Of a stretch of 64,000 nucleotides of DNA, positions 63,512-64,000 are shown one piece after another. Made by a program: the position numbers and the translations under genes. The stretch spans positions 124,001 through 188,000 of the forward strand of contig UYFQ01000005.1 in assembly GCA_900617105.1 (NCBI GenBank), read 5' to 3'. Positions within the stretch are counted from its first letter, which is position 1. Each line of letters opens with the position of its first letter. The notes beneath the pieces are model-generated. The model was not told the DNA's origin and made no database searches. It worked only from the letters and a program-made list of their open reading frames with translations. Source of the DNA: Hydrurus foetidus (lineage: Eukaryota).

Positions 63512-64000
63512 GGCGCAGCACCGCACAGGCGGCGTCGTCGTGGGCCTTGCCATAGACCCGCAGCACTTCATTAGCAATGCGCCGCACCGGCCAACTTTTA
63601 AGCGAGAGCAATTGACTGCTGTCCACACGTTCGGACATACCGTCAGTTGCCAGCAGCAGCACATCACCCACATTCATCGGCAAAACGATAGGGCGTAGCC
63701 TTGGCATATTGCCCCCCAAAATACCAGGCTGTGCACTGATAGACGTTACTTTGTCTTGCAAGGCGTAAAACAGGGTGTTACCCACACCAGCCACCGTGAC
63801 TTGCGATGACTTTGGCGCGGACGCTGACGAGGTCACGCAAGCGAGACTGATGGCAACACCCCGGCTGCCTTTGATGTCACGGTGCAAGGCGTACAGCAGC
63901 GCCTCAACATCGCCCGAGGCGTGCGCCATCAACCAGCGCTCGCAGTGCAGCGCCAGCGAATGGGCTTCGTCACCATGACCCAGCACGTCGATCATGCCGA
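63501..64000 (-). CDS. SpoIIE/RsbX-like PP2C phosphatase (5'-truncated)
   Basis: IDVLGHG, GSRG, AGVGN, PGILG, LLATDG, DDA. Confidence 0.85.
   Translation of the reverse strand, partial: GMIDVLGHGDEAHSLALHCERWLMAHASGDVEALLYALHRDIKGSRGVAISLACVTSSASAPKSSQVTVAGVGNTLFYALQDKVTSISAQPGILGGNMPRLRPIVLPMNVGDVLLLATDGMSERVDSSQLLSLKSWPVRRIANEVLRVYGKAHDDAACAVLRHGH

Overview
Moderately GC-rich betaproteobacterial chromosome segment; gene content and order suggest Comamonadaceae (Rhodoferax/Acidovorax-like), which is an inference. From left to right: a formaldehyde/formate oxidation cluster (frmA, fghA, LysR, OFA transporter, two-subunit NAD-linked formate dehydrogenase); apbC and metG with two type II toxin-antitoxin pairs; dcd; a GbsR-type regulator with cydAB; a large purine uptake/catabolism region (guaD, adenosine/adenine deaminase, Rieske oxygenase, BMP-type ABC transporter, LysR, xdhAB) interspersed with two MCPs, yceH and an MBOAT/SGNH pair; accessory cassettes between xdhB and yceD; maf, a methyltransferase, a CorA-like protein, DAHP synthase, tldD and rodA; and a hybrid kinase with an RsbX-like phosphatase. 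I found no rRNA, tRNA, CRISPR array, integrase or transposase. The signals not explained by the ORF track are: (1) a fixed-spacing ~49-bp DNA motif (TGCTAY-N9-AGC-N7-GC-N11-GC-N5-AGNC) in about 12 copies, 11 of them overprinted inside coding sequences in different frames and orientations; (2) an unannotated 23-aa Phe/Tyr/Trp-rich leader peptide with terminator/antiterminator upstream of DAHP synthase; (3) decayed copies of yceD and yceH bracketing cargo genes, suggesting serial integrase-free acquisitions; (4) a PIN toxin-antitoxin operon ending 2 nt before metG.
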